From: a virus
DNA length: 64,000 bases
Reading direction: 5' to 3' (one strand)
Virus record (IMG/VR): IMGVR_UViG_3300044609_000721
Positions 1 to 8,129 of the stretch are shown piece after piece. Numbering within the stretch: position 1 is the first letter of the stretch; every line of letters starts with the position of its first letter. The notes below the pieces were generated by a model, which was given only the letters and a program-made list of their open reading frames with translations, had not been told where the DNA came from and searched no databases. The position numbers and the translations under genes are program-made.

Positions 1-2222
1 GGTTTATTAGTTCTCTTTCTAACTAGGGCGCTATATGCTGCAGATGCCTTTGGAGTTTTACCATAGGAACCTTCTGCTTCAAGAATTGCTTCAATATCTT
101 CAACATCTAGTTCATTTGCCATTAACCATTCTGCTTCTTCCAGAGTTTCTACATATCCTTCTGCACAAAGAAACTCAAGAACTGTATCAAAAATTTCATA
201 ATCTTCCTTAGAAAACTCACCCATTGCCTTTTGCTTACGAAGTTTCTTGGGATTCTTGGTTACTGAACCACCATGCCCTTCACCATCATATCCAGTATGA
301 CCATATTCATCAGCACCTCTGGACCAATTTCTACGAGCTTGATCCATTGGACCTCTCGAACCATGACGATTATTGCCACTTGCTAGTCGGTTCTGTCTGC
401 TTGCGTGCTTTTCTGCTGCCTTTACTTTTTTGGTTTTCTCACCTCTTTGTGAATACTCACTTGCAGGTTTACGCATTCTACTAAGAGTCAGTTTGCTCAT
501 TGCAGATCTGGCCTTTGGAGTTTGTCCATAAGAACCTTCTGCTTCCATAACAAGACTATACAATTCTTCGATTTCATCTTCGTCTAGATCTTCCATTAAC
601 TCAAAGAACTCATCTTCATTTTGGATGATTCCTTCAGCATATAACCAATCTGCAACTACCTCTACATCAGAAAGGAATTGTGCTTCTTCATCGAGAACTT
701 CCTCATCGAGTTGCTCAGCAGTATCATTGATTACTACTTGATCTTCTTCAAAGATAACCTCGAATCCATCTTCGATAGCAGCGATTACTTCACGAACCTG
801 CTCCTCTTCGTATCCTTCTAGGATCATGTCTGCTGCTAGTTCAGCATACTCTTTCATAGGAACACAGTTAGGAACTTCCTTACCACCCTTCTTCTTCATA
901 CCAACCATTTCATATCCTTTCCAGCAAGGGCCTTGCTCTTCATCAAGTTCAACTTCTTCCTTATTATATGCTTTCCAAGCAGTAGCGTAAGCAATACCCT
1001 TTTCCTTTTCGGATACACCACCTTTCTTATAACCTGCCTTGATGTGCTTAACCATACGCTCATACTTAGCGCCTGGAGGTGCCTTCTCTTCGATCTGCTC
1101 TACTTCTTCATTACGAATCTGACTGAGAAGATTATCGAGATTACTCTTTGACTTTTTCTTAGCGGTTGCTGCCTTTGCCGCTGGTTTCTTAGCAGCAGGT
1201 TTTGCTTTTGGTGGAGTGGATTCACTTCCTTTCCATGGATCCGCTGGTTTTTCTGCTGGTTTCTTAGCAGCAGGTTTTGCTGCTGGTTTTGCAGCGGGAG
1301 CAGACTTACCTCTACCCTCATCGTATCCTGCCTTTGCAGTCTTAACAACTTTACCTGCTGCTTTACCAGCACCGCGAATTGCTTTCTTTAGACCAGACTT
1401 GAGACCAGAAGCAATTCTTCCTAGAAGACCAGGACGCTTGGTTCCAGTTGCAGTTTTCGATCCAGTGTTAGGAGAATCTTTCGTTGAATCATCTCTTTCT
1501 CTTCCACCAGGAGCATCCTTAGATGCTGCAGATGCTTTCTTATATCCAGCAACAGCAGATCCAGCAACTTGACCAGCAGCACCCGCTACTTTCTTAGCAA
1601 CTGCTTTGGCACCAGAAGCAACTTTCTTTACAGCAGTTTTTACTTTTGCAAGTCTGCTAGGTCTGCTTACTTCTGAATTAGAATCGTGTCCAACAGTTAC
1701 CTTTGCTTCCTCAAGGTAGGTTAGTTCTGACTCAATATGCTCAATTAGAAGAGTTTCAAGTTCATCAATCTCAAAACCTTCTTCTAGAGTTTCGTAGAAA
1801 AATTCTTCAACAACTTCTTCGATGAGAGTGTCAGAAAGGAAAATAACTTCTTCATCAGTTAGTTCATCAAGAACAGATGAGAAATCTACAGACTCCTTCT
1901 TCTCTTTTTCATCTTCCTTCTCTTTCTTAGCCTTCTTCCCCTTCATTTCATCATCTTCTTTTTCATCCTCATCATCTTCTTTTTCAACTTCTTCTTTCTT
2001 CATTGCCTTTTTAATGGCACGATCCTTCACACCAGCATATTCGTGCGACTCATCTTCTACGGTTCCGTCGCCATCATAGTCCTTCGATTTCTTTCCAGAC
2101 TTCTTATACTTCTTCTCTTGGTCTTCACCAGCATCATTTTCATCTTTGGTTTCTTCGGACATATATCCGATTTCACCCAAGATATCCTCAATACCAGAAA
2201 GTTTAAAATTGTTGGTAAACAT
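1..2222 (-). CDS. Large modular acidic/basic protein, probable internal head (core) polyprotein; partial, runs off the window start
   Basis: ATG at 2222 (MFTNNFKLSGIEDILGEIGY...). My hand translation found no stop down to position 1, which is why it is absent from the ORF track. Contains KDYDGDGTVEDESHEYAG, K/A/P-rich repeats, CWKGYEMVGMKKKGGKEVPNCVP and two EAEGSYGxTPKA modules separated by acidic linkers. CTAAATA late promoter at 2256-2262. Confidence 0.8.
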   Translation of the reverse strand, partial: MFTNNFKLSGIEDILGEIGYMSEETKDENDAGEDQEKKYKKSGKKSKDYDGDGTVEDESHEYAGVKDRAIKKAMKKEEVEKEDDEDEKEDDEMKGKKAKKEKEDEKEKKESVDFSSVLDELTDEEVIFLSDTLIEEVVEEFFYETLEEGFEIDELETLLIEHIESELTYLEEAKVTVGHDSNSEVSRPSRLAKVKTAVKKVASGAKAVAKKVAGAAGQVAGSAVAGYKKASAASKDAPGGRERDDSTKDSPNTGSKTATGTKRPGLLGRIASGLKSGLKKAIRGAGKAAGKVVKTAKAGYDEGRGKSAPAAKPAAKPAAKKPAEKPADPWKGSESTPPKAKPAAKKPAAKAATAKKKSKSNLDNLLSQIRNEEVEQIEEKAPPGAKYERMVKHIKAGYKKGGVSEKEKGIAYATAWKAYNKEEVELDEEQGPCWKGYEMVGMKKKGGKEVPNCVPMKEYAELAADMILEGYEEEQVREVIAAIEDGFEVIFEEDQVVINDTAEQLDEEVLDEEAQFLSDVEVVADWLYAEGIIQNEDEFFELMEDLDEDEIEELYSLVMEAEGSYGQTPKARSAMSKLTLSRMRKPASEYSQRGEKTKKVKAAEKHASRQNRLASGNNRHGSRGPMDQARRNWSRGADEYGHTGYDGEGHGGSVTKNPKKLRKQKAMGEFSKEDYEIFDTVLEFLCAEGYVETLEEAEWLMANELDVEDIEAILEAEGSYGKTPKASAAYSALVRKRTNK
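52..545 (-). repeat. Two imperfect direct repeats (about 52-80 and 517-545) encoding EAEGSYG(Q/K)TP
   Basis: ggagttttaccataggaaccttctgcttc vs ggagtttgtccataagaaccttctgcttc. Confidence 0.8.
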
Positions 2223-2254
2223 CTTAATTCCTTGCGAGTTTTTAATTCCTTCTA

Positions 2255-3382
2255 TTATTTAGTGTTTTTGACTTTCTTCATCCAACCACCAAACGTAATG
2301 CGTGGCTGTCCAGGAGTAAGTTTTTGAACTGCATCACGGTACTTATCAGTGCCAACTTCCCACTGTGTTTCTGGATCTTCACCTTCGGTTAGTTGTGTCA
2401 ACCAACCACGATGAGATGTATCAAATTCATCAACATATATTACATAATTGGTTCCACGATGAAGAACGGTTCCTGTAACGCCAGTATCTAAATTTTCAAC
2501 CAAAGATCCAACTGCGAAAATCTCTTCATTGAAATATGCTTCTCTTAGATTTTCATAGTCAAGTTCAGGAGCAATCTGCCACATCTCTGCTTTTGTTGCA
2601 ACGTGCATTCCGTCTTGAACTGCTCTGAATAATTTTTGCTTATCAGTATCTTTTAGTGTGTCGGGAATACCTTTCTTAAAAGTTTCAAAGTCATCTTCCA
2701 TCGCTGCTTTACGCATCTTAGAAGCAGACATTCCGCTAACATCTTCTGCATCAGCATCTCTTTCACCTGCAGAAATGACCTGAATATTGTTGAAGTTGTA
2801 AAGGGATCCATTGTATTTTTGTGCTAGATTTTGAAACTCAGAAACTCTGTCAGAACCAACAACAATATTAACATCAGTGTATCCTTCTGCTGCCACTGCT
2901 TTGAGTACATCAAAGATGTTTCTCATACCCTCATCATTGACAATTGCATCAGAATAATCAGGGAACATCTTCGCCATCCATTCCGCTTTCGTATTTGGAT
3001 CAAGAGGATTCTTGGCAGGATCTACAGAACGAGAAGGGTAAATACGGAAATCACCTTGCTTTGCAGCAGAGGCAACTTGAGTGATTAGTTTTTCATGACC
3101 AATTGTAGGAGGATTGAAACGACCAAAGGTTAGAGTAATTGCCATTGGAGTGCCAGAATCTTTGGCAGCATCTTGCTCTGGAGCAGCAGGGTGATCTGTT
3201 GGAAGTCCAGCATCTTTCGCAGAAACTTTAATTAGTTTCTGTCCACCTTCGGATCTATAAACCACTTTCTTGGTTCTTGGATTTGCGTATTTACCATATC
3301 CCACATGAACTAGTCCAAGTTTCTCTGCCTCTTGAGCGGCCTTACTCTTTGCTTCACTTAAAAAATTGGTATATCGTTTCAT
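2255..3382 (-). CDS. Cytidylyltransferase-like (HIGH-family) nucleotidyltransferase with N-terminal extension
   Basis: TLTFGRFNPPTIGHEKL (HxGH-type motif), IVVGSDR and SGMSASKMR (KMSKS-like) motifs. ATAAATA late promoter at 3413-3419. Confidence 0.85.
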   Translation of the reverse strand: MKRYTNFLSEAKSKAAQEAEKLGLVHVGYGKYANPRTKKVVYRSEGGQKLIKVSAKDAGLPTDHPAAPEQDAAKDSGTPMAITLTFGRFNPPTIGHEKLITQVASAAKQGDFRIYPSRSVDPAKNPLDPNTKAEWMAKMFPDYSDAIVNDEGMRNIFDVLKAVAAEGYTDVNIVVGSDRVSEFQNLAQKYNGSLYNFNNIQVISAGERDADAEDVSGMSASKMRKAAMEDDFETFKKGIPDTLKDTDKQKLFRAVQDGMHVATKAEMWQIAPELDYENLREAYFNEEIFAVGSLVENLDTGVTGTVLHRGTNYVIYVDEFDTSHRGWLTQLTEGEDPETQWEVGTDKYRDAVQKLTPGQPRITFGGWMKKVKNTK

Positions 3383-3424
3383 TTACCTTGTATATTGGTA
3401 TTTTCTACTTAGTATTTATCCTGC

Positions 3425-4561
3425 TTACTTTTTCTGGTAGTCGCACATAATGTGTGATGGGTATACACCAGATTGCTTATTTCTAATATTGAATTGAAAC
3501 TTGTACTTGGCAGACTCACAAGATACGATAACTTTCTTACCTTTACCAGTTGTTCCTCCGTAATATACTGTGATTTTTCCAGTCAAAGATGCGGCACTTC
3601 TTAGGTATGAATCGTCAATATCATAAACAGCAATTTTACTTCCAGTACCATGAACCATGGTATACCCTTTACCAATCATTTGTTTCAGGAGATTCTCCAT
3701 CTCTTTCTTATTGCAGGTATTAGTTACATCAACTTCGTAATTTGGAATCTTGCCTGAGTGAGGATAATTATTAAATGCATCACAAAAACTAGTTGTACTT
3801 AATCCAAATAGTTTTAGTACAGTCTGTGCATTAGTATTCAATTTGTATTGTTTCATCTCCGTTTGCTTGAATAGAGTACCAACTCCAATGTTTGCAAATG
3901 CAAGAGTGCTTCCATACTTCAGTGATAGGTAGGCCTCTTTATCACCGAATTTCAAAGTAATATCAGTAACAGTATTTCCAATATCTATACTCCCATTACC
4001 AAGTCTAAGACTACTACCAGAAATACTTAAAGGTCTCTTCTGGTTTAATTCTCCAACAGCAATAACTTCGCTAAGTGGTTTCTTATATTTCTGTCCAAGT
4101 TCGGTAACTATTTTCTTCGCTTGTTCTCCATACTTACCTGTCAACTTTCCAGTTTCATAGTAATCGACTAAGGATGAAAATAAATCTTTCTCAAACTGAA
4201 TACCTAAATTTATCTTTGCGCCCTTACCAGATTGTCCTCCAAATTCAACTGTCTTCTGGAGATCAGTAAGAGTTACCGTTTTAATTGCACCAGTATTTTC
4301 ATACTTACCAGTGAAAAATAACTTTGCAGATCGGTCATCTAAAAATTCTAGTATCCTTGAGATTGCGGATTCTTTCTGCTTATCATCTGTTGTCTCCCAA
4401 GCATACTCACCTGCAGGAGTCTCAACAACAAGTGCATGGGGTATGAAGACACCATCTGGGCCAACGAATCTATTCTCATATCCATTCAGACCAAAAAATT
4501 TATCTGCCAGAACTTCGACATTATTTCTTTTCTTAATGTCACCTTTAGATAAATTGGCCAT
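3425..4561 (-). CDS. Hypothetical protein, probable PD-(D/E)xK restriction-endonuclease-like fold
   Basis: 378-aa ORF with GIQFEKDL helix and TVTDITL...YLSLK (D...SxK variant) motifs. Fold assignment is by motif only. Confidence 0.5.
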   Translation of the reverse strand: MANLSKGDIKKRNNVEVLADKFFGLNGYENRFVGPDGVFIPHALVVETPAGEYAWETTDDKQKESAISRILEFLDDRSAKLFFTGKYENTGAIKTVTLTDLQKTVEFGGQSGKGAKINLGIQFEKDLFSSLVDYYETGKLTGKYGEQAKKIVTELGQKYKKPLSEVIAVGELNQKRPLSISGSSLRLGNGSIDIGNTVTDITLKFGDKEAYLSLKYGSTLAFANIGVGTLFKQTEMKQYKLNTNAQTVLKLFGLSTTSFCDAFNNYPHSGKIPNYEVDVTNTCNKKEMENLLKQMIGKGYTMVHGTGSKIAVYDIDDSYLRSAASLTGKITVYYGGTTGKGKKVIVSCESAKYKFQFNIRNKQSGVYPSHIMCDYQKK

Positions 4562-4564
4562 AAG

Positions 4565-4611
4565 AAAATTCCCCCTCTTCTCATTATTATTTAGAGAAGA
4601 GGGGGAATTTT
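4565..4611 (-). promoter_or_regulatory. Perfect 18-bp inverted repeat with a late promoter (CTAAATA) at the loop and the RBS of the 3425-4561 ORF in the 3' arm; may also terminate mazG transcripts
   Basis: aaaattccccctcttctc-attattattta-gagaagagggggaatttt. The ATG lies 3 nt beyond the stem. Confidence 0.8.
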
Positions 4612-4662
4612 TATTATTTTTCTAATTCATCAGTAATTTGAAAATATTCAATGATGATGTCA

Positions 4663-5121
4663 TCATCGGTCATCTGCTGCTCTATTTTCCGATTTAAGAA
4701 CATCAAATACACCTTCGGGATAACGCTTAAGTAACTTAGCAACATTTTGGAGAATGACTTCATCTAAAGAAATATTTAGTGCCATACATGCCTGTGCTAC
4801 ATACCACATCACATCTCCAAGTTCGATGATTAGATGCTCTCGGTTATCTTCATTCCAGGGTTTACCTTGGAAGATCATCTTCTTAACAATCTCCATGAAC
4901 TCACCGCCCTCAGCATTAATACCAACAGCAGCGGTCAGAAGTCGCTCAATATTAACACCTTGCTGATTAAGTTCAGCAAGTCGAATAGCAAAATCATCAT
5001 AATTCTTAGATGCATCGCTAGTCACAAAATTAACAAACTCAAGATACTTACTGGTATCAACTTCATTAATTTGCTTTTCTTCAGCACCATCAGTTGGGAC
5101 TGTACCAAAACCATTAGACAT
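4663..5121 (-). CDS. mazG: MazG-like nucleotide pyrophosphohydrolase
   Basis: EGGEFMEIVKK...IELGDVMWYVAQ (EXXE...ELGD MazG motif), in the usual cyanophage position after gp41. Confidence 0.9.
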   Translation of the reverse strand: MSNGFGTVPTDGAEEKQINEVDTSKYLEFVNFVTSDASKNYDDFAIRLAELNQQGVNIERLLTAAVGINAEGGEFMEIVKKMIFQGKPWNEDNREHLIIELGDVMWYVAQACMALNISLDEVILQNVAKLLKRYPEGVFDVLKSENRAADDR

Positions 5122-5129
5122 AAATTACC

Positions 5130-6518
5130 TCAATACTTAAAGTCGGTGAATGTTTTTCGTGTTGATTTTTTAAACAAGTTTTCTGGTTCTTCATCTAGTT
5201 CTTGACCAGAATCAACCAAATCATCTTGTGCGGATTGCTCAACATCATACAATCTCATCTTGGCCCTGTCAATACCAACAATGAATCGTTTGTTCATTGT
5301 GGGATCATTATAGCGGTTTTTCAACTGTTTGACAAGGATCTGGTTCATCTGCTCCAACTCCTCCGTAGAAATCAAAGCGAACATTAGGTCTGCAGTTGCA
5401 GGTAGACCGAAAGACTCAGATGTATCCGTAAGTTCAACATCAGTACTTCCATATCCGCTACGAGTCGTTTGAGTTGCACTGACAATAGGAACATTGAATT
5501 CCACTGCCAAACCACGAAGTTCCTCTGCGATTGATTTAACAAGAGTATAAGAATTGATATTACTTCCACCCTTAAATCTTGAAGAGGAACAGATATTTAA
5601 ATAGTCAATAAAGATAATATCAGGTTTAAATCCTTTCTTCAGAGCAAGTTCGTTAAGAAGAGATTTAAAGTGTCCCGCGTGTGCAGATGCCGTTGGGTAT
5701 TCTTTAATGATGAGTTTACCCACAGTCTTGCGAGCAAGTTTGATAATCTTACTTTCATAAAGTTGTTTAGGTAAATCCTGTAGTTGCTGAATATTAATGT
5801 TCAGCAGATTGGCGTCGATTCGTTCTGCGATTCGTTCTTCTGCCATTTCCAAGGTGATGTATAGAACATTCTTACCTTGAAGAAGGGCAGCAGCACCAAC
5901 GTGACACATGAAGAGAGACTTACCGACACCTGTTCCTGCCAAGGCGATATTGAGTGTTTTTGAAGGTAAACCACCCTTGGTGATCTTGTTAAAAAACTCC
6001 AGATCGAAGGGTATCTTTTCTTCTTTACGATGATAGAAATCATAGCGTCCCTCAAAGTCATCAATGTAATCGTGACCGACATGCTCATCGAAACAAACAC
6101 CAAGAGCTTCTTGTAGAATACTTGGAATAGCATCACGACTCTTTGTGTTATCTTTTCCGTCTGCAATCTTAATTGCTTCTAACAGAGAAAGATATACTGC
6201 CCTATCCTTACACCACTTCTCAGTAGTATTAACCAACCAGTCAAAGTCAACTTTATCTTCAGTTAAAGATTGCAGTAGTGTTAGTACACTCTGAAATCCA
6301 TCATGACTTAAATCGGTTCTATGTTCAGACTCAATTGCAATAGCATTTAATGGTGGCAATGTCTGATAAGTCTGAACATACTTATTGACCTCATCAAAAA
6401 CTACACGCTCTTCTATGCTCTCGAAGTACTCGGATTTGATAAATGGAAGAACTTTTCTACAATACTTCTCGTTATATACGAGATTCTTTAATACCAATAC
6501 TTCCAGTTTATCCATCAT
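5130..6518 (-). CDS. gp41: Replicative DNA helicase (DnaB-like)
   Basis: Walker A LAGTGVGKS, DIIFIDYLN, SATQTTRSG, LKNRYND. Start set at the ATGA overlap with the upstream stop. Confidence 0.95.
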   Translation of the reverse strand: MMDKLEVLVLKNLVYNEKYCRKVLPFIKSEYFESIEERVVFDEVNKYVQTYQTLPPLNAIAIESEHRTDLSHDGFQSVLTLLQSLTEDKVDFDWLVNTTEKWCKDRAVYLSLLEAIKIADGKDNTKSRDAIPSILQEALGVCFDEHVGHDYIDDFEGRYDFYHRKEEKIPFDLEFFNKITKGGLPSKTLNIALAGTGVGKSLFMCHVGAAALLQGKNVLYITLEMAEERIAERIDANLLNINIQQLQDLPKQLYESKIIKLARKTVGKLIIKEYPTASAHAGHFKSLLNELALKKGFKPDIIFIDYLNICSSSRFKGGSNINSYTLVKSIAEELRGLAVEFNVPIVSATQTTRSGYGSTDVELTDTSESFGLPATADLMFALISTEELEQMNQILVKQLKNRYNDPTMNKRFIVGIDRAKMRLYDVEQSAQDDLVDSGQELDEEPENLFKKSTRKTFTDFKY

Positions 6519-7102
6519 AGGTAATGACAATAACTTCCAACAATGTACTTAGTTTCCGATTGGGTGGGCAGACCCGCATGAGGGAACATCCACAGTGGCG
6601 GGAACACCAGTATCCTACCACGCTTTGGTTGGATTGACAAGTCCAGATAAGGAAATCTTGTCTCTCCACCATATTCGATATCATTTAGATATAAGAAGAA
6701 GGACATGTACCTTCTTGCAGAATTGTAATTACCTACGTCCACATGTTCTGCAAACTCATCATCCTCAGGAAGATATCTTTTGATTCTAAGTTCTTCCAGA
6801 GCATACTGAGTAGGATGCTCATCTGTAATTCCATTATCAACAGTATACAAACTAACTGCTGACATAAAAGTATCCACTAATTTCTGATGGAGTTCTCTAT
6901 CATGACCAGTGGATTCATCACCATCTCTGGTGAACTGTGTCAAATTCAATTCAGTGAAATTTGGCCTTCGGTCTCTGTCAATTCTCACTTGATGATTTTG
7001 ATACTTTTCGAACAGTTCAATAACTTCATTACATTCCTGTTCTCCAATCATATCATCATAGACCTTGATAAGGTCAGTCAATCTCTTCGCTAACATCTTC
7101 AA
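6515..7102 (-). CDS. 2OG-Fe(II) oxygenase (prolyl-4-hydroxylase-like)
   Basis: HVD...YLND...GGET...FPP...H...KY motif set. Confidence 0.88.
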   Translation of the reverse strand: MKMLAKRLTDLIKVYDDMIGEQECNEVIELFEKYQNHQVRIDRDRRPNFTELNLTQFTRDGDESTGHDRELHQKLVDTFMSAVSLYTVDNGITDEHPTQYALEELRIKRYLPEDDEFAEHVDVGNYNSARRYMSFFLYLNDIEYGGETRFPYLDLSIQPKRGRILVFPPLWMFPHAGLPTQSETKYIVGSYCHYL

Positions 7103-8129
7103 TCTCCTCTTTTACAATGCCTTGTCCATATAGATATTCTTTTCTGGCGCATTCATCCAACGCTTGCATAATCTCTGGACTAAAGTATTTTTCGGGATCC
7201 GCGAGAATTGTTTTCGGATAGACGGACGTTCCATCGATTTTATAGCGATTACCAACTCTCTCAAAGACTCCGTATTTCTCTCCAAGTTCAAGCAATCCGT
7301 AGTAAGGATCGAGTCCCGTGTCGTAGTAAAGCCTCGTCTCAGCAATGGAATTCTCTTTAGTAAATCGAGACTTCTGCGCTTTGCACTTGATAATATTTCC
7401 GACGATTTCTTTACCGTCTTTTTCCTTCGATTTTGTGAGGTAGATAATAGTAGAAGCGGCATACTTAAGACCACTACCACCGCCCATTTCTTTAGTTGGA
7501 ACATAAGCACCTACAACGTCATATGTGTGATTAGTAACTAGCATAGGAATATTTGCCTTACCTAGTTTCAGAGTTAGAACTCGGAACACAGATTTAGTTA
7601 CCTGAGCGCGAGTCATGTCTCGGGTTTCTTTACCTTCAGAACTATCTTCAATCTCTTTCGTAGTAGAAAGATTGCCAAGAGAGTCTAGGACAAACATTAA
7701 AGGTTGCCTATCTTTTTCTTTCTGTTCCAGATACTTGTCAATAATACGAAGGGATTGAGTACGAAACTCTTGCACAGTCACAACAGGAACGATGATCATT
7801 CGCTTGGAATCAATACCACGCTCTTCGATCATTGCTTTAGTAATTGCGGATTCTGACTCAAAGTAGACAACACCCGCGTTAGGATTACTATCGAGAAAAC
7901 GTTTGACAATAGACAGACAAAAGAAAGTCTTTCCAGTAGAAGTTTCTCCCGCAATAGCCGTAATTTTGTTTGACGGGATGCCACCATGAATCGACCCTGA
8001 TACCAGAGCATTAAAAATATAACTGCCTGTATCAATGAAAGCATCACAGTCGCCAGCAGCAACACCATCAGAAACGAGACCAGCATATTCATTACCAATC
8101 TCCTTTACTACATCTTGTAAGAAATTCAT
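7074..8129 (-). CDS. uvsX: RecA-like recombinase
   Basis: AGETSTGKT Walker [21 protein letters not shown]. Confidence 0.95.
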   Translation of the reverse strand: MNFLQDVVKEIGNEYAGLVSDGVAAGDCDAFIDTGSYIFNALVSGSIHGGIPSNKITAIAGETSTGKTFFCLSIVKRFLDSNPNAGVVYFESESAITKAMIEERGIDSKRMIIVPVVTVQEFRTQSLRIIDKYLEQKEKDRQPLMFVLDSLGNLSTTKEIEDSSEGKETRDMTRAQVTKSVFRVLTLKLGKANIPMLVTNHTYDVVGAYVPTKEMGGGSGLKYAASTIIYLTKSKEKDGKEIVGNIIKCKAQKSRFTKENSIAETRLYYDTGLDPYYGLLELGEKYGVFERVGNRYKIDGTSVYPKTILADPEKYFSPEIMQALDECARKEYLYGQGIVKEEIEDVSEEID

